A stretch of DNA of 59,663 nt from Nitrospinota bacterium (GCA_030754595.1 JASLZZ010000096.1:1-59663); one strand, 5' to 3'; shown: positions 49,878 through 59,663, counted from the first letter of the stretch. The notes: generated from the letters alone by a model not told the origin. Made by a program: numbers and translations.

Positions 49878-51572
49878 ATGAACGTGACGAATGACGCGCC
49901 GGGCGTCAGTCCGGCGATGATTGAGATCATCAAGAATTCCCTCACCGCCATCACCGACGAAATGGGAATGGCCCTTAAGAAATCCTCTTACTCGCCCAAC
50001 ATCAAAACGCGCGAGGACCATACTTGCTCGCTATTCAACGATCGCCTCGAAATGCTCGCTCAGACGGCTCACCAGATCGGCCACCTGGGGGCTTTTCCCT
50101 TCATCGTCAAGGAGACGATGAAAGAGCACGACGTGAATCGATTGGAGCCCGGCGACACTATCATTTTGAACGATCCCTATCGGGGCGGAACTCATTTGCC
50201 GGACATTATTCTGATTTCACCCATTTTCTTCGAGGGCCGGCTCTGGGGTTTTGTCGGCAATCTGGCGCACCACAGCGATGTGGGCGGGATGTCTCCGGGA
50301 AGCATGAGCGGGACGGCGACGGAGATATTTCAAGAAGGAATTCGTATTCCTTCCGTCATGTATATGAGGAAAGGGAAAGTGATTCCCGACATTCAGAAAA
50401 TGATCCTCGCGAACGTGCGCACGCCCGAGGAGCGCAAGGGGGATCTCTCTGCCCAGGTCGCCGCGAACAACATCGGAATCCGAAGGGTGAATGAACTCAT
50501 CGATCAATATGGCCTCTCGGAGCTGAATCGATATTGCGATTCCCTTATCGAATACTGCGAGCGGCGCATGCGTTCGGAAATCCGGAAGATTCCGGACGGA
50601 ACATATGAGGCCGAGGATTTCATGGATGACGACGGGACAACCGATAAGCCCATCCGCGTGAAGCTTCGCATCGATAAGTGGGATGAGGACATCACTTTCG
50701 ATTTCACGGGGACGGACGAGCAGCGCCTGGGGCCTTGCAACGCGGATTATTATCAGACCATGTCTCTGGTGATGTACACCCTGCGCTGCATCACGGATCC
50801 CGACATCCCCCAGAACGAAGGCTGCTACCGGCCGATTCGCCTGATAGTCCCCAAGGGTACGGCGCTCAACCGCGAATTCCCCGCCGCGAGCGCGGCGGGA
50901 TGGGAGATTACGAGGCGGGTGATCGATGTGTTTTGCAGGGCGCTCAAGGAGGTGATGCGTGAGAGCGTGCCCGCCGGAAGCAACGGGGCGCTCAATCAGT
51001 TCTCTTTTGGCGGCCCGATGCCCGAGGAGGGACGTTACGCCGTTTACGAAACCATGGGCGGCGGTTTCGGCGCACGCTACAACAAGGACGGAATGGACGG
51101 GGTTCACTCCGTCTCCAACACGAAGAATACGCCGGTCGAGGAGATGGAGTTGAACTATCCCGTCCTCTACCGCCGCTACAGCCTCTGGCCGGACAGCGAA
51201 GGGCCGGGAAAATTCCGCGGGGGTGTCGGCATGATGCGGGAGATCACTTTCCTTACGGATGTCACGGTGACTTCGATCACCGATAGGGTGAAATTCAAGC
51301 CGTGGGGGATCGGAAAAGGCGGGGAAGGGTCGGGAAGTGATTTTCTCATTGATTCTATCGATTCTCCCCGCCGAATGAAGAGCAAGGATCTTCAGCGTCT
51401 AAAAGCAGGCGATACGCTGTGTATGCACACGACGGGCGGCGGAGGGTACGGCGATTCGAAAGAACGCGATTCGGAGTTGGTGCGCCTGGATGTGGCGGAT
51501 GAGAAGATATCGCCCGGGCGCGCGCGGGAAAAATATGATTGGGATGGAAATCCGCCCGAGGACGATAGTTAA
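49878..51572 (+). CDS. Hydantoinase B/oxoprolinase subunit, copy 2 (tandem paralogue)
   Basis: Same motifs, colinear with copy 1; start at ATG 49878 inferred. Confidence 0.93.
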   Translation: MNVTNDAPGVSPAMIEIIKNSLTAITDEMGMALKKSSYSPNIKTREDHTCSLFNDRLEMLAQTAHQIGHLGAFPFIVKETMKEHDVNRLEPGDTIILNDPYRGGTHLPDIILISPIFFEGRLWGFVGNLAHHSDVGGMSPGSMSGTATEIFQEGIRIPSVMYMRKGKVIPDIQKMILANVRTPEERKGDLSAQVAANNIGIRRVNELIDQYGLSELNRYCDSLIEYCERRMRSEIRKIPDGTYEAEDFMDDDGTTDKPIRVKLRIDKWDEDITFDFTGTDEQRLGPCNADYYQTMSLVMYTLRCITDPDIPQNEGCYRPIRLIVPKGTALNREFPAASAAGWEITRRVIDVFCRALKEVMRESVPAGSNGALNQFSFGGPMPEEGRYAVYETMGGGFGARYNKDGMDGVHSVSNTKNTPVEEMELNYPVLYRRYSLWPDSEGPGKFRGGVGMMREITFLTDVTVTSITDRVKFKPWGIGKGGEGSGSDFLIDSIDSPRRMKSKDLQRLKAGDTLCMHTTGGGGYGDSKERDSELVRLDVADEKISPGRAREKYDWDGNPPEDDS

Positions 51573-51648
51573 TAGTAGGGCGGAATCGATTTCATCGTTA
51601 TAAATTGAAAGAGGTTTCACCGGAACATCTCTAGGAGGAGGAAGATTC

Positions 51649-52419
51649 ATGGACCTCAAAGACGGACAGTATGGTTCCATTTGCCGCATCGGTCTGGTCG
51701 TTCCTTCTCTGAATGTCGTCATCGAGCCCGAATTCCATCGGATGGCTCCCGAAGGCGTGTCGGTTCATTCGACCCGAATGTTGCTCCAAGGGAAGATGAC
51801 CCGTGAGAGCTATGCCCGCATGGCGCAGGACGCCGCCACGACGGCCGCGCTTTTGAGTACGGCCCGGGTGGATGTCGTCGCCTACGCCTGCACTTCGGGT
51901 TCGTTTGTGGAAGATGGGGACCGGATTGCGGAAACGCTTGAGCGTGAAGGAGGCGTGCCCGCCGTCACGACGGCCCAGGCCGTGGTGGAGGCACTCCATG
52001 CGCTCGCCCTGAAGCGCATCGCCGTGGGAACCCCCTATGTGGACTTCGTCAATGAGGCCGAAAAACAGTTTCTCGAAAGCGCCGGTTTCGAAGTGACCGG
52101 CCTCTATGGATTGGGACTGGGAGATACCCCCGAATCCCGGGTCTCCATCGGACGACAGAAATGGCAAAAGGTAGTGGAAATGGCCCGGCGTCTCGATTCT
52201 CCCGATACCGATGGAGTGTTCATCTCCTGTACGAATCTGGCCACGATCGGTGTGCTGGAGCAGCTTGAACAAGAGCTGGGTAAACCCGTCTTCAGCTCGA
52301 ACGTGGCGACCTTTTGGTCGGTTTTGAGCCGGGGCGGATACTCGGCGTCCGTTCCCGGCTATGGGTCCCTCCTTCGGGATTTTCCGTCCTTGCCGAAGGT
52401 CTCCGCGGCGAAGGATTAG
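51649..52419 (+). CDS. Maleate cis-trans isomerase family protein
   Basis: IGLVVPSLN, YACTSGS, ISCTNL (two catalytic Cys), GKPVFSSN; AGGAGG RBS. Confidence 0.87.
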   Translation: MDLKDGQYGSICRIGLVVPSLNVVIEPEFHRMAPEGVSVHSTRMLLQGKMTRESYARMAQDAATTAALLSTARVDVVAYACTSGSFVEDGDRIAETLEREGGVPAVTTAQAVVEALHALALKRIAVGTPYVDFVNEAEKQFLESAGFEVTGLYGLGLGDTPESRVSIGRQKWQKVVEMARRLDSPDTDGVFISCTNLATIGVLEQLEQELGKPVFSSNVATFWSVLSRGGYSASVPGYGSLLRDFPSLPKVSAAKD

Positions 52420-52456
52420 CCGAATTCTTCCGGCGTGGGCAATCGCGGTTTGATGG

Positions 52457-53773
52457 TCAGGCGTGCGGCGGGCCTGAGGTGGGTGCTCCTGAGGATTTCG
52501 CCCCGTAAAGAAAGAGTGAGATAAGTATCCCGGAGACCATGAGGAGGAGGATAACGGAAAAGGGGATAACGTAGCTTCCCGTGAAATCGAAAATAAACCC
52601 CGCCAGTGGCGGGCCCACAATTCCTCCCCCCGCATAGCATATCGTCAACAGGCCCATCACGGTCCCGAACGATCGGTCCCCGAAGCTGTCGGCCGCCATG
52701 GATGAATGCGAGGTGCTCACCCCTCCCGCTCCGAGGCCGTATAGGACGCTGAACAGAAAGCCCGGCAGAGGCGGATGGCCGAGATACCTGATCGAGAGCA
52801 AAACAACGATGCACAGGACGCCGAGACCACATGAAAAGGCTTGGGCCCTGGGTCTTCCCACCTTGTCGCTGATCCATCCGATGAAGACGCTCCCCACCAC
52901 GTGCAGCAGTCCGGCAAGGCCGATGACCATCGCCCCGGTGGCGGTGCTGTAGCCCACATCCACGAGATAGAGCTGGAGTTGACTTAGGATGGTGTTCGTC
53001 TGGAAACCGATAATGAACCCAAGGAGCGCGAGCGCCCAGAAGCTATTGTCGTTTTTGACCCGGGAAAACACCTGTCCGATGCTTTTGCCCTCTTCAGTCC
53101 CGTCCTTCCGGGGTGCGGCCGCTACCGCCTCAGGCTGGGGAAGGCCGTCCATGTTTTGCCCCATGTTTTCGGGGCGGTCGCGCAAAAAGATGAAATTCAC
53201 CGGCGCCAAGATCCCGAGAACGAAAAAACCGTAGACGAGATAGGCGATGCGCCAGCCGAAGTGTGCGATCAGCCGTTCGATCACGGGCGAAAGGAATAGG
53301 CTTCCGATGCCGATTCCCGAGAGGACGATGCCTGTCGCGATTCCCCGCTTTTTTCTGAACCATCTGGGCAGGATCGCGCTATGGGTGGCGAATCCGCTCA
53401 GCGCCGTTCCGAGACCGATGAACATCCCGAGCAACAGGTATACGTGCCAGAGGGAGGATATGAAAAAGCCGCCGGCCAGGCCAACCCCCACCAATATCGA
53501 TCCCCAGGGGACAACCGCCCGGGGACCGAATTTGTCCAGCAGGGAACCGGCAAAGGGACCAAGCATGGCGTAGAGGCCCATCATCAGGGCGAATGCACTC
53601 CCAAGGGCGCCCCGCGTCCATCCGTATTCCGCGATGAGCGGCACCTGGAAAATGGCGAAAGAAAATCGAGCGGTGAGATGAAACGCCATTGTGAGGAAAG
53701 ACAGCCCGACGATGATCCAGCCGTAGTAAATCGGGAAGATGGATTTCCGAGCCGTTTCGCCGGTGTGCCCCAT
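52457..53773 (-). CDS. MFS transporter
   Basis: YYGWII, GSLLDKFGPR and GWISDKVGR motif A, about 12 TM segments; start at ATG 53773 inferred. Confidence 0.88.
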   Translation of the reverse strand: MGHTGETARKSIFPIYYGWIIVGLSFLTMAFHLTARFSFAIFQVPLIAEYGWTRGALGSAFALMMGLYAMLGPFAGSLLDKFGPRAVVPWGSILVGVGLAGGFFISSLWHVYLLLGMFIGLGTALSGFATHSAILPRWFRKKRGIATGIVLSGIGIGSLFLSPVIERLIAHFGWRIAYLVYGFFVLGILAPVNFIFLRDRPENMGQNMDGLPQPEAVAAAPRKDGTEEGKSIGQVFSRVKNDNSFWALALLGFIIGFQTNTILSQLQLYLVDVGYSTATGAMVIGLAGLLHVVGSVFIGWISDKVGRPRAQAFSCGLGVLCIVVLLSIRYLGHPPLPGFLFSVLYGLGAGGVSTSHSSMAADSFGDRSFGTVMGLLTICYAGGGIVGPPLAGFIFDFTGSYVIPFSVILLLMVSGILISLFLYGAKSSGAPTSGPPHA

Positions 53774-53970
53774 TATGTGAGGATAATCCTTGAAAGAGTT
53801 AATGGAGGGCAAACGAAGGATTAATCTTTGTGGCCGGCGTTCATGTGACCAGAAAGAAATTCGCCGCATGGCTATGCTGCCGCATGGCCATGCTTGTATA
53901 CAGGGCCGGGGGAAATTATATTGCTCTCCGTCTGACAATGTAAACCGACAGATCAGGGAGATGATGAACG

Positions 53971-54939
53971 ATGCATTTTGGAATCAAGCCCCATCAAGGA
54001 GGCGACGATTGGAAAGAAGTCGTCGTGGAAACGAAACTTGCCGAGGAGTTGGGCTTCGACTCCGTTTTCTTTGGTGAACACCATGGGGTGGACTGGCCCC
54101 AGTTTTCCTCTCCCATGCTGGTGCTGGCGGCCTTGGCGGGATGCACTTCCCGGATTCGGCTGGGAACGAGCGTTCTTCTCTTCCCGCTGCACTCCCTCAT
54201 GGGAGTGGCCGAGGATGCCGCCCTCCTGGATGTCGTCTCCGAGGGGCGGCTCATTCTGGGCCTCGGCGCAGGCTACCTGGAGTCGGAGTTCGACGCCTTC
54301 GGGGTCGAGAGAAGCGAGCGGGCGGCCCGGCTCGAGGAAGGAATACCGTTGCTCAGGAGTCTTTGGGCGGGGGAAGAGGTAACCCATCAAAGCGCCCGCC
54401 TGAAGTTGGATCGATTCCGGCTGAACCCGTTGCCCCACCAGGATGGAGGACCGGAAATTTGGTACGGCGGTTGGGAGAAGACGCCGGTTCGACGCGCCGC
54501 TCGCCTGGCGGACTCATATTTTCCGGGGCCCAGCGGAAACCGCGAGAAGCTGAGAATCTGCTACCGCATCTATCATGAGGCGCTGGAGGAGGGGAGGGGG
54601 GAGCCATCGTGCCGTCCTCTCATGCGGGATGTCGTTCTTGTGCGCGATGCTGCCGAGCGGCGGCGTGCGGAGGAGGGCCTTGTTCGTCTATTCAAAGAAG
54701 GCTACAGCGCCTTCGGTCATCAGAACGTCAACATGGATACCTTCCAGGAGGAACTCCGCCGGGGGGATCGATGTTTTCTCGGCGAGGCGGAGGAGGTGAT
54801 CGATCAAATCCACTCCTACCGGGAGGAATTCGGTATTGATTATCTTGTCATTCGTGTGCAGAACGAGATGACCCGGGGCGAACGGGGAAGAGAAATGATC
54901 CGGGAGTTTTCCCAAAAAGTCATGCCGGAATTCGTGTAG
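53971..54939 (+). CDS. LLM-class flavin-dependent oxidoreductase
   Basis: AEELGFDSVFFGEHH, LAGCTSRIRLGT, LGLGAGY..EF. Confidence 0.88.
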   Translation: MHFGIKPHQGGDDWKEVVVETKLAEELGFDSVFFGEHHGVDWPQFSSPMLVLAALAGCTSRIRLGTSVLLFPLHSLMGVAEDAALLDVVSEGRLILGLGAGYLESEFDAFGVERSERAARLEEGIPLLRSLWAGEEVTHQSARLKLDRFRLNPLPHQDGGPEIWYGGWEKTPVRRAARLADSYFPGPSGNREKLRICYRIYHEALEEGRGEPSCRPLMRDVVLVRDAAERRRAEEGLVRLFKEGYSAFGHQNVNMDTFQEELRRGDRCFLGEAEEVIDQIHSYREEFGIDYLVIRVQNEMTRGERGREMIREFSQKVMPEFV

Positions 54940-55074
54940 GCTGTGCTCCGTAATAATTAGATCTCGTCCTGTCCAAATAAATGATCGGTTCTTAATTTCT
55001 TGTATGAATGAGCGCATTGTCCTGGCTCAACAGTATAGAATTTCAGGAGAACTGGATAACTCTCCTCTTGAAGA

Positions 55075-55960
55075 TCATATCCTTTCCGTTCTTATGAGCT
55101 AGCTACGAATTTTGGATCGAAGTTGAGTGGGTGAAAAAGGCTTGGTTATATAATCAGTGGCTCTCGATTTATAACATTCCAGAAGATCTTTTTCTTCTAA
55201 TTTAGCGCCTGTTAAAATGACAATCGGAATACTTTGGATACGAGGCATGGGGTTTTCCCTGAGCGTGCGACAAACCTCCAATCCATCAATACCCGGAAGC
55301 ACCAAATCCAATAAGATGAGAGAAGGTTCTTGCTCTACGGCGATTCGTTCCCCCGATTCTCCATCTTCCGCCGTGAGCACCTTTAACTTTTCTGACTCCA
55401 TAATGGCGGAAAGAGTTCTGACGATGCTGAGGTCATCATCGACGATCAAAACTGTCCTTACGTGATTTTCAACCAACGATGGCATAATGGCGCTGGAATC
55501 GGGTTCGATGGATGGATAGCTCGTGGTCTCTTCGGGAAGATCGATAACCTGTCCTTCGGCGGCTGCGAAAACTTCAGGAATGAAATCACCTTCTTGCGCC
55601 CGCAGGTTTGCGGTTTTCACAAGATCGTCAATTGCGTCACTGTCCCGAAGGGGATCGTGGTGAAAAAGCGCCAGTTGTTTAACGCGGCCCGCAATCGCGT
55701 AATCGACCAACTTTTCAATCGGCGTATGCCCCCATCCTATTTTTTTGTCGTATTCCTCCAGGGTGTATTGGGCGTCATGGATCAGCAGGTCCGCTCCCTC
55801 AAAGAAAGATACGTGGCTTCGATCGCCATGATGAATCGGCCATGTACTTGGAGGTACATCGTTTGGCATGATTGAATTAGGTTCGTGATCCGATATGTAG
55901 ACTACTATCTTGCCGCCGGCTTCAAAGCGATATCCGAGAGTTAAGGAGGGATGGTTCGTA
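55075..55960 (-). pseudogene. 5'-truncated MBL-fold hydrolase-REC fusion
   Basis: TNHPSLTLGYRFE..YISDHE, LIHDAQY, WGHT and FHHDP (MBL C-terminal half) plus REC (LLDLVLP, TKP); N-terminal half absent; TAG at 55099-55101 where W is expected (KIRS*LIRT). Confidence 0.8.
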
Positions 55961-56168
55961 TCTGCTCTGAGACCTCAATGCGCTTGCAGGCCACAGGTAC
56001 GCTTTGTCCTTGAGATAGCAGGATCTCGGCCTCTCTCAGCTTGGATATGATCTGCTCAGGTGTATGTCGCTTCTTGCTCATCTACATCCCCCCAAATTGG
56101 GCGGTCACACCGAAAGAGTATCTAAAATCCTCTCATTCAGCATGGACCGGTTTGGAGGGGGAGGATCA
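55961..56168 (-). mobile_element. IS3-family remnant (left IR plus the first 40 codons of orfA)
   Basis: Minus strand begins TGATCCTCCCCCTCCAAACCGGTCCA (IS3-type TG end); ATG 56081 encodes MSKKRHTPEQIISKLREAEILLSQGQSVPVACKRIEVSEQ, then breaks off. Confidence 0.85.
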
Positions 56169-56262
56169 ACTTTATCATCAGCCACGACATCTCCTTTTCG
56201 ATTAATTCTTAAGAAATTTTATTTTTCTATAAAATCAATCACCATCAACTTGCAAACAACCG

Positions 56263-56294
56263 AAAAAGCGCGGGGGGCTTAGCGCCCCCCGCGC
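56263..56294 (-). terminator. Rho-independent terminator of the solute-binding protein gene
   Basis: 11-bp stem GCGCGGGGGGC/GCCCCCCGCGC followed by T5 on the minus strand. Confidence 0.85.
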
Positions 56295-56319
56295 CGTGAG
56301 TCCGTGTTGCGCTCTGCCT

Positions 56320-57861
56320 TTACTTCATCTCGAAACTCCAAGGGAGCGTCATCTCGTCGTAGCGCATCTTGTAGTCTAAAACTTTCGTGTTGACGCCATA
56401 AACGTCATGGCTCTTGGCAATAGGCTTATGAGTCGCTTTGTTATGCATGAACCAGTTGGCCTTCTCGAGCCGCTTCTGCTGAAGGTCAGTGTCGGCGGTC
56501 CTTAAAGCCTTGTCGATCATCGTTTCATACTCCTTGAAACAATGGGGGCTCCATTTCCCGCCGCAGGACATGACGCCGCGGAAGCTGTTGCCCGGAATGC
56601 CGCCCTGGTTGCCGTAACTGGCTATAAACATCATGTTCCCCTTTAAAGTGCCCTTCGCGTATTTCTTGAACCTCCCTCTCCAGACCCTTTTCGAGGAAGC
56701 TTGACAGTTGGCGTCGATGCCAATTTTTTTGACCATATTCACGACAGCTTCACACATCTGAACATCTGCCGGGATCGTGTTCCGGGGGGAGATCATCGTC
56801 AGTTTAAAACCCTTACCATAACCCGATTCTTTCAAGAGCTTCTTCGCCTTGGCCAGGTTATAGGGGTACCAGGATTTCATCTTGGGATTGTAGCCGGCCG
56901 CCATCCCTTGGTGGATCATCTGGAACCATGGATCGGCGCGGCCCTGCAGGAGCGTCTTGATGATAAGCGGGGTGTTGATGGCGTGGCTGATCGCCTGGCG
57001 GACCTTGACGTTACCCATAGGCCCACCATGCTTGGTCAGGTAGCCAACGTAGTAGATACGGATGCTGGGGGTGGTGAGCACTTTATAGCCCGGCTTGGCG
57101 TTGATCTGATCGATGAACTGGGGCGCCACCCTCATGGCAAAGTCAATTTCACCAGTAGTAAGGGCCTTCACGCGGGTCGTGGGCTCTCTGATAATACGAA
57201 TGATGAGGGTCTTCGGCCGGTTGGGATATTTACTATTTCCCCACCACCGGGGGTTCGCTTCCATCACGAACCTCTGGCCCTTTTTCCATTCCTTGAGGAC
57301 GTAGGCGCCCGAGCCGAAGCTCTTGCGCGCGAACTCGGAGTATTTCTTGCCCTTCATGGCCTTTCTGTTCATGACGTGGCCCCAGGTCCTCATCAGGGCC
57401 GGCAGATCGTTCATCGGGCCTTTCGCGTGGATGACGAAGGTCCTGTCGTTGATGATCTCCACCCTCTTGATGTCCTTGTAGTAGGACTTCACCGTGCTCT
57501 TCAGGTCTTTGTCCTCCCAGACGCGGTGGAGGGAAAACTTGACGTCCGCGGAGGTGACCGGTGTCCCGTCGGCGAACACAGCGCCCTTTCGCAGGGTGAA
57601 CTTAAACGCCGAGGCGCTGATGCGCTCAAAACTCTCGGCCAGCCAGCCGTAGAGCTTGCCCGTTTTCAGGTCCGCCTGAACGAGGGTGTCGTAGGTCCAC
57701 GGCCACAACATGGTGCCCATGAACCCAGGTGTTTTTCCTGGATCCCAGGTTTTCGGTTGTCCATGAACGGCAAGTCTGAGCGTTCCCTTGAAGGCTTCGG
57801 CGCGCTGCGCGGCGAAGCCGGCCAGGGCCAGGATGAGAAAAACGATAATCCACTTTCGCAT
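56320..57861 (-). CDS. ABC transporter family-5 (peptide/nickel) solute-binding protein, orphan
   Basis: AGGAGG RBS, signal peptide MRKWII..AEA, LAES, LRKGAVFADGTPVTSADVKFS, GSGAY, VRQAISHAIN. Confidence 0.9.
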   Translation of the reverse strand: MRKWIIVFLILALAGFAAQRAEAFKGTLRLAVHGQPKTWDPGKTPGFMGTMLWPWTYDTLVQADLKTGKLYGWLAESFERISASAFKFTLRKGAVFADGTPVTSADVKFSLHRVWEDKDLKSTVKSYYKDIKRVEIINDRTFVIHAKGPMNDLPALMRTWGHVMNRKAMKGKKYSEFARKSFGSGAYVLKEWKKGQRFVMEANPRWWGNSKYPNRPKTLIIRIIREPTTRVKALTTGEIDFAMRVAPQFIDQINAKPGYKVLTTPSIRIYYVGYLTKHGGPMGNVKVRQAISHAINTPLIIKTLLQGRADPWFQMIHQGMAAGYNPKMKSWYPYNLAKAKKLLKESGYGKGFKLTMISPRNTIPADVQMCEAVVNMVKKIGIDANCQASSKRVWRGRFKKYAKGTLKGNMMFIASYGNQGGIPGNSFRGVMSCGGKWSPHCFKEYETMIDKALRTADTDLQQKRLEKANWFMHNKATHKPIAKSHDVYGVNTKVLDYKMRYDEMTLPWSFEMK

Positions 57862-58358
57862 AGCAACTTCCTCCTTTGAAAGACGGCTAGTTTGTCGCAA
57901 ACGAGACGTGTTGCACCGCTTTTTGGATCGGTGGAGCAAATAGATGCTAAACAAAAAACCTGTGGTAATCGAACTGAATGGTATGGTTAACAATACATCT
58001 TCCGGATTTTTTCGGGGAAGTCAAGGGAAGGGATTGATAATCGGCATTCCGATATAGCTGATATAAAAAGTACATTGTGGTCCGAATTGGCATTTCCGAG
58101 TGGCGATAATTTCCCGTACGACCAATCCTGAATCCAACTGCCGCTCCATCCTTGGACAACAATTAATTTTTTTCCTCATTCCACATGGTTAAGGAGATGT
58201 CGGGCAAAGAGAAGTTCGCCCGGAAGGTAGGTCAAGATATTTTAAATGACATATTTTCATTTATTTGCGAGGACAAGCTTTTTTCAGATGAATAATTTAC
58301 CATAGTTATCCTCTTCAGGTTTGGGATGGGAAATTCAGGTTTTTCGAAAAGGAAGAAA

Positions 58359-59129
58359 ATGAAGGAATTTATCACGGAAAGCCCGCTCAAAGATCGATCC
58401 GTTCCCTTTTACTATCAAATCGTGAAATTGCTGCGCCGGATGATCGAGCAGGGAGAACTAACCCCGGGCGAAAGGCTACCCGCCGAAATGGAGTTGTCGA
58501 AATCTTTTGGAGTAAGCCGGGTGACGGTCCGCCAGGCTCTTTCCATTCTCAAAGCGGACGGACTCCTGGACCGGAAACACGGAAACGGAACTTTTGTGGC
58601 AAATTCCCACACCGGCCCTGAAAAGATCAAGCTGACCGGAATCATCGAACAGAATCTCTCCGTCGAGCAGGCACACCGGCTGATATCCGTGGAAGATGTC
58701 CCTCCTCCTCCCCACCTGGAGGAATTCTTCCGAATTTCCAGTCATAAACGCCTCACCCGAATCCGGCGCCTCCGGATGGTGGACGAAATACCCTTTTGCT
58801 ACACCATAAGTTTCCTGCTGCCGGAATTGGCCAATAAAGTGAAACGCAGGGATCTCAAGCACCGCAACATGTTGGACATCATTCAAAATCGCCTCCAACT
58901 TCCTCTCGATAAAATTCGCCAGACCTTCGAGGCCAGAACCGCGGACAGCGAAATCGCTGGTCATTTATCGATCGGGATTCTCGATCCAGTATTCTACGTC
59001 GAGGGCTTCGTTTACGGATCCAAGGGGAACCCCATCCTATATACCCAGATGTACCACAAAGGGAATCGGCACAAATACAGTATCGAACTGTTCAGCAACG
59101 GGAAATTCACAAATTCGGCCCACCCTTAG
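58359..59129 (+). CDS. GntR-family regulator with a UTRA domain (HutC subfamily)
   Basis: GERLPAEMELSKSFGVSRVTVRQA, GNGTFV; UTRA C-terminus; an alternative ATG lies at 58326. Confidence 0.9.
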   Translation: MKEFITESPLKDRSVPFYYQIVKLLRRMIEQGELTPGERLPAEMELSKSFGVSRVTVRQALSILKADGLLDRKHGNGTFVANSHTGPEKIKLTGIIEQNLSVEQAHRLISVEDVPPPPHLEEFFRISSHKRLTRIRRLRMVDEIPFCYTISFLLPELANKVKRRDLKHRNMLDIIQNRLQLPLDKIRQTFEARTADSEIAGHLSIGILDPVFYVEGFVYGSKGNPILYTQMYHKGNRHKYSIELFSNGKFTNSAHP

Positions 59130-59148
59130 GCGCCGAATGTTCACTGTA

Positions 59149-59663
59149 CCGGAATTATGCGGCAACGCTCTCCTTTTCGCAAAATACGGCCTTATTTTCC
59201 CTGTCGGCGGTACTTCCCGCCGAGAAGTCCAAAAAGTCCACAAAAAGATACCCTCTTGGGCACCTCTTCCATCCAAATCCACCGTAAATAAAGGGTTTTC
59301 TCCGTTTTGGGGCGCAATGCTCCTTTCTCCTCCTGACTCAACACCGTTTGCACACCACCCGGCGGGGCCTTGTCCAGCTCTTGGACTGATAGGAAAAATC
59401 CACCACCTTGACCTGATGCCCGCTCCTGGGCGGACGGCCGACCGGGCGTGCCATATGGGACGAAACCTCTTCATAGAGCTTCGCGTTGGCGCGAAGCCGG
59501 AGGAAATAGGTGACCCGCTTCTCCTCGCAGTACTCGTAGATGTCCGGGCTTGCGAAGGCGGAGTCGCCCCGAAGCCAGAGAAGCCCGAACCAGGGACGGT
59601 ATCTCTCCACAACAGGGAGGAGGAAGACCAGGGCTCCATCCGCCGAGTGAACGTTGCCCGGCC
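59149..59663 (-). mobile_element. IS1380-family transposase remnant, internally deleted; runs off the window end
   Basis: PGNVHSADG, LRGDSAF, FSYQSKSWTRPRRVV typical of the IS1380 DDE domain; coding breaks off near 59340; candidate terminal IR CCGGAATTATGC at 59149. Confidence 0.78.

Noticed and set aside
57934..57950. sigma54 promoter upstream of the solute-binding protein gene
   Set aside because: It lacks the GG dinucleotide and the GG-N10-GC spacing

Overview
Bacterial chromosomal window of roughly 55-60% GC by eye; the gene style suggests a Nitrospinota/Tectomicrobia/deltaproteobacteria-like organism (inference only). Five blocks. (1) 1-14 kb, housekeeping: mreBCD-mrdA-rodA, a fused radical SAM protein, RNase G, a ppiD-like gene and thiD-cupin-AbrB. 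(2) 14.1-19 kb, a ubiquitin-like sulfur-carrier/cysteine operon: cysK, a CysO/MoaD-like carrier ending GG-R, a degenerate pseudo-E1, cysM, a JAMM protease, an N-terminally short catalytic E1 and an Rrf2 regulator ending in Ile. It is preceded by a sigma70 promoter, an IscR/Rrf2-type operator and a 2x34-nt tandem repeat. (3) 19-32.6 kb, a mixed zone in which several signalling or accessory genes carry nonsense or frameshift lesions. (4) 32.8-55 kb, an intact catabolic island: 2 DUF6282-like metallohydrolases, an M28 peptidase, an orphan SdhA/NadB-like flavoprotein, 2 maleate-isomerase-family proteins, 3 LLM oxidoreductases, a TAXI-TRAP transporter, one hydantoinase A plus two hydantoinase B genes, and an MFS transporter. 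(5) 55-59.7 kb: an IS3 remnant fused to a truncated MBL-REC gene, an orphan family-5 solute-binding protein, a GntR-UTRA regulator and an IS1380 remnant. The best candidate for an undescribed system is the sulfur operon, whose two complementary MoeB-fold proteins suggest a heterodimeric bacterial E1, with CymR-like CysK-coupled autoregulation. No tRNA, rRNA or CRISPR array was seen.
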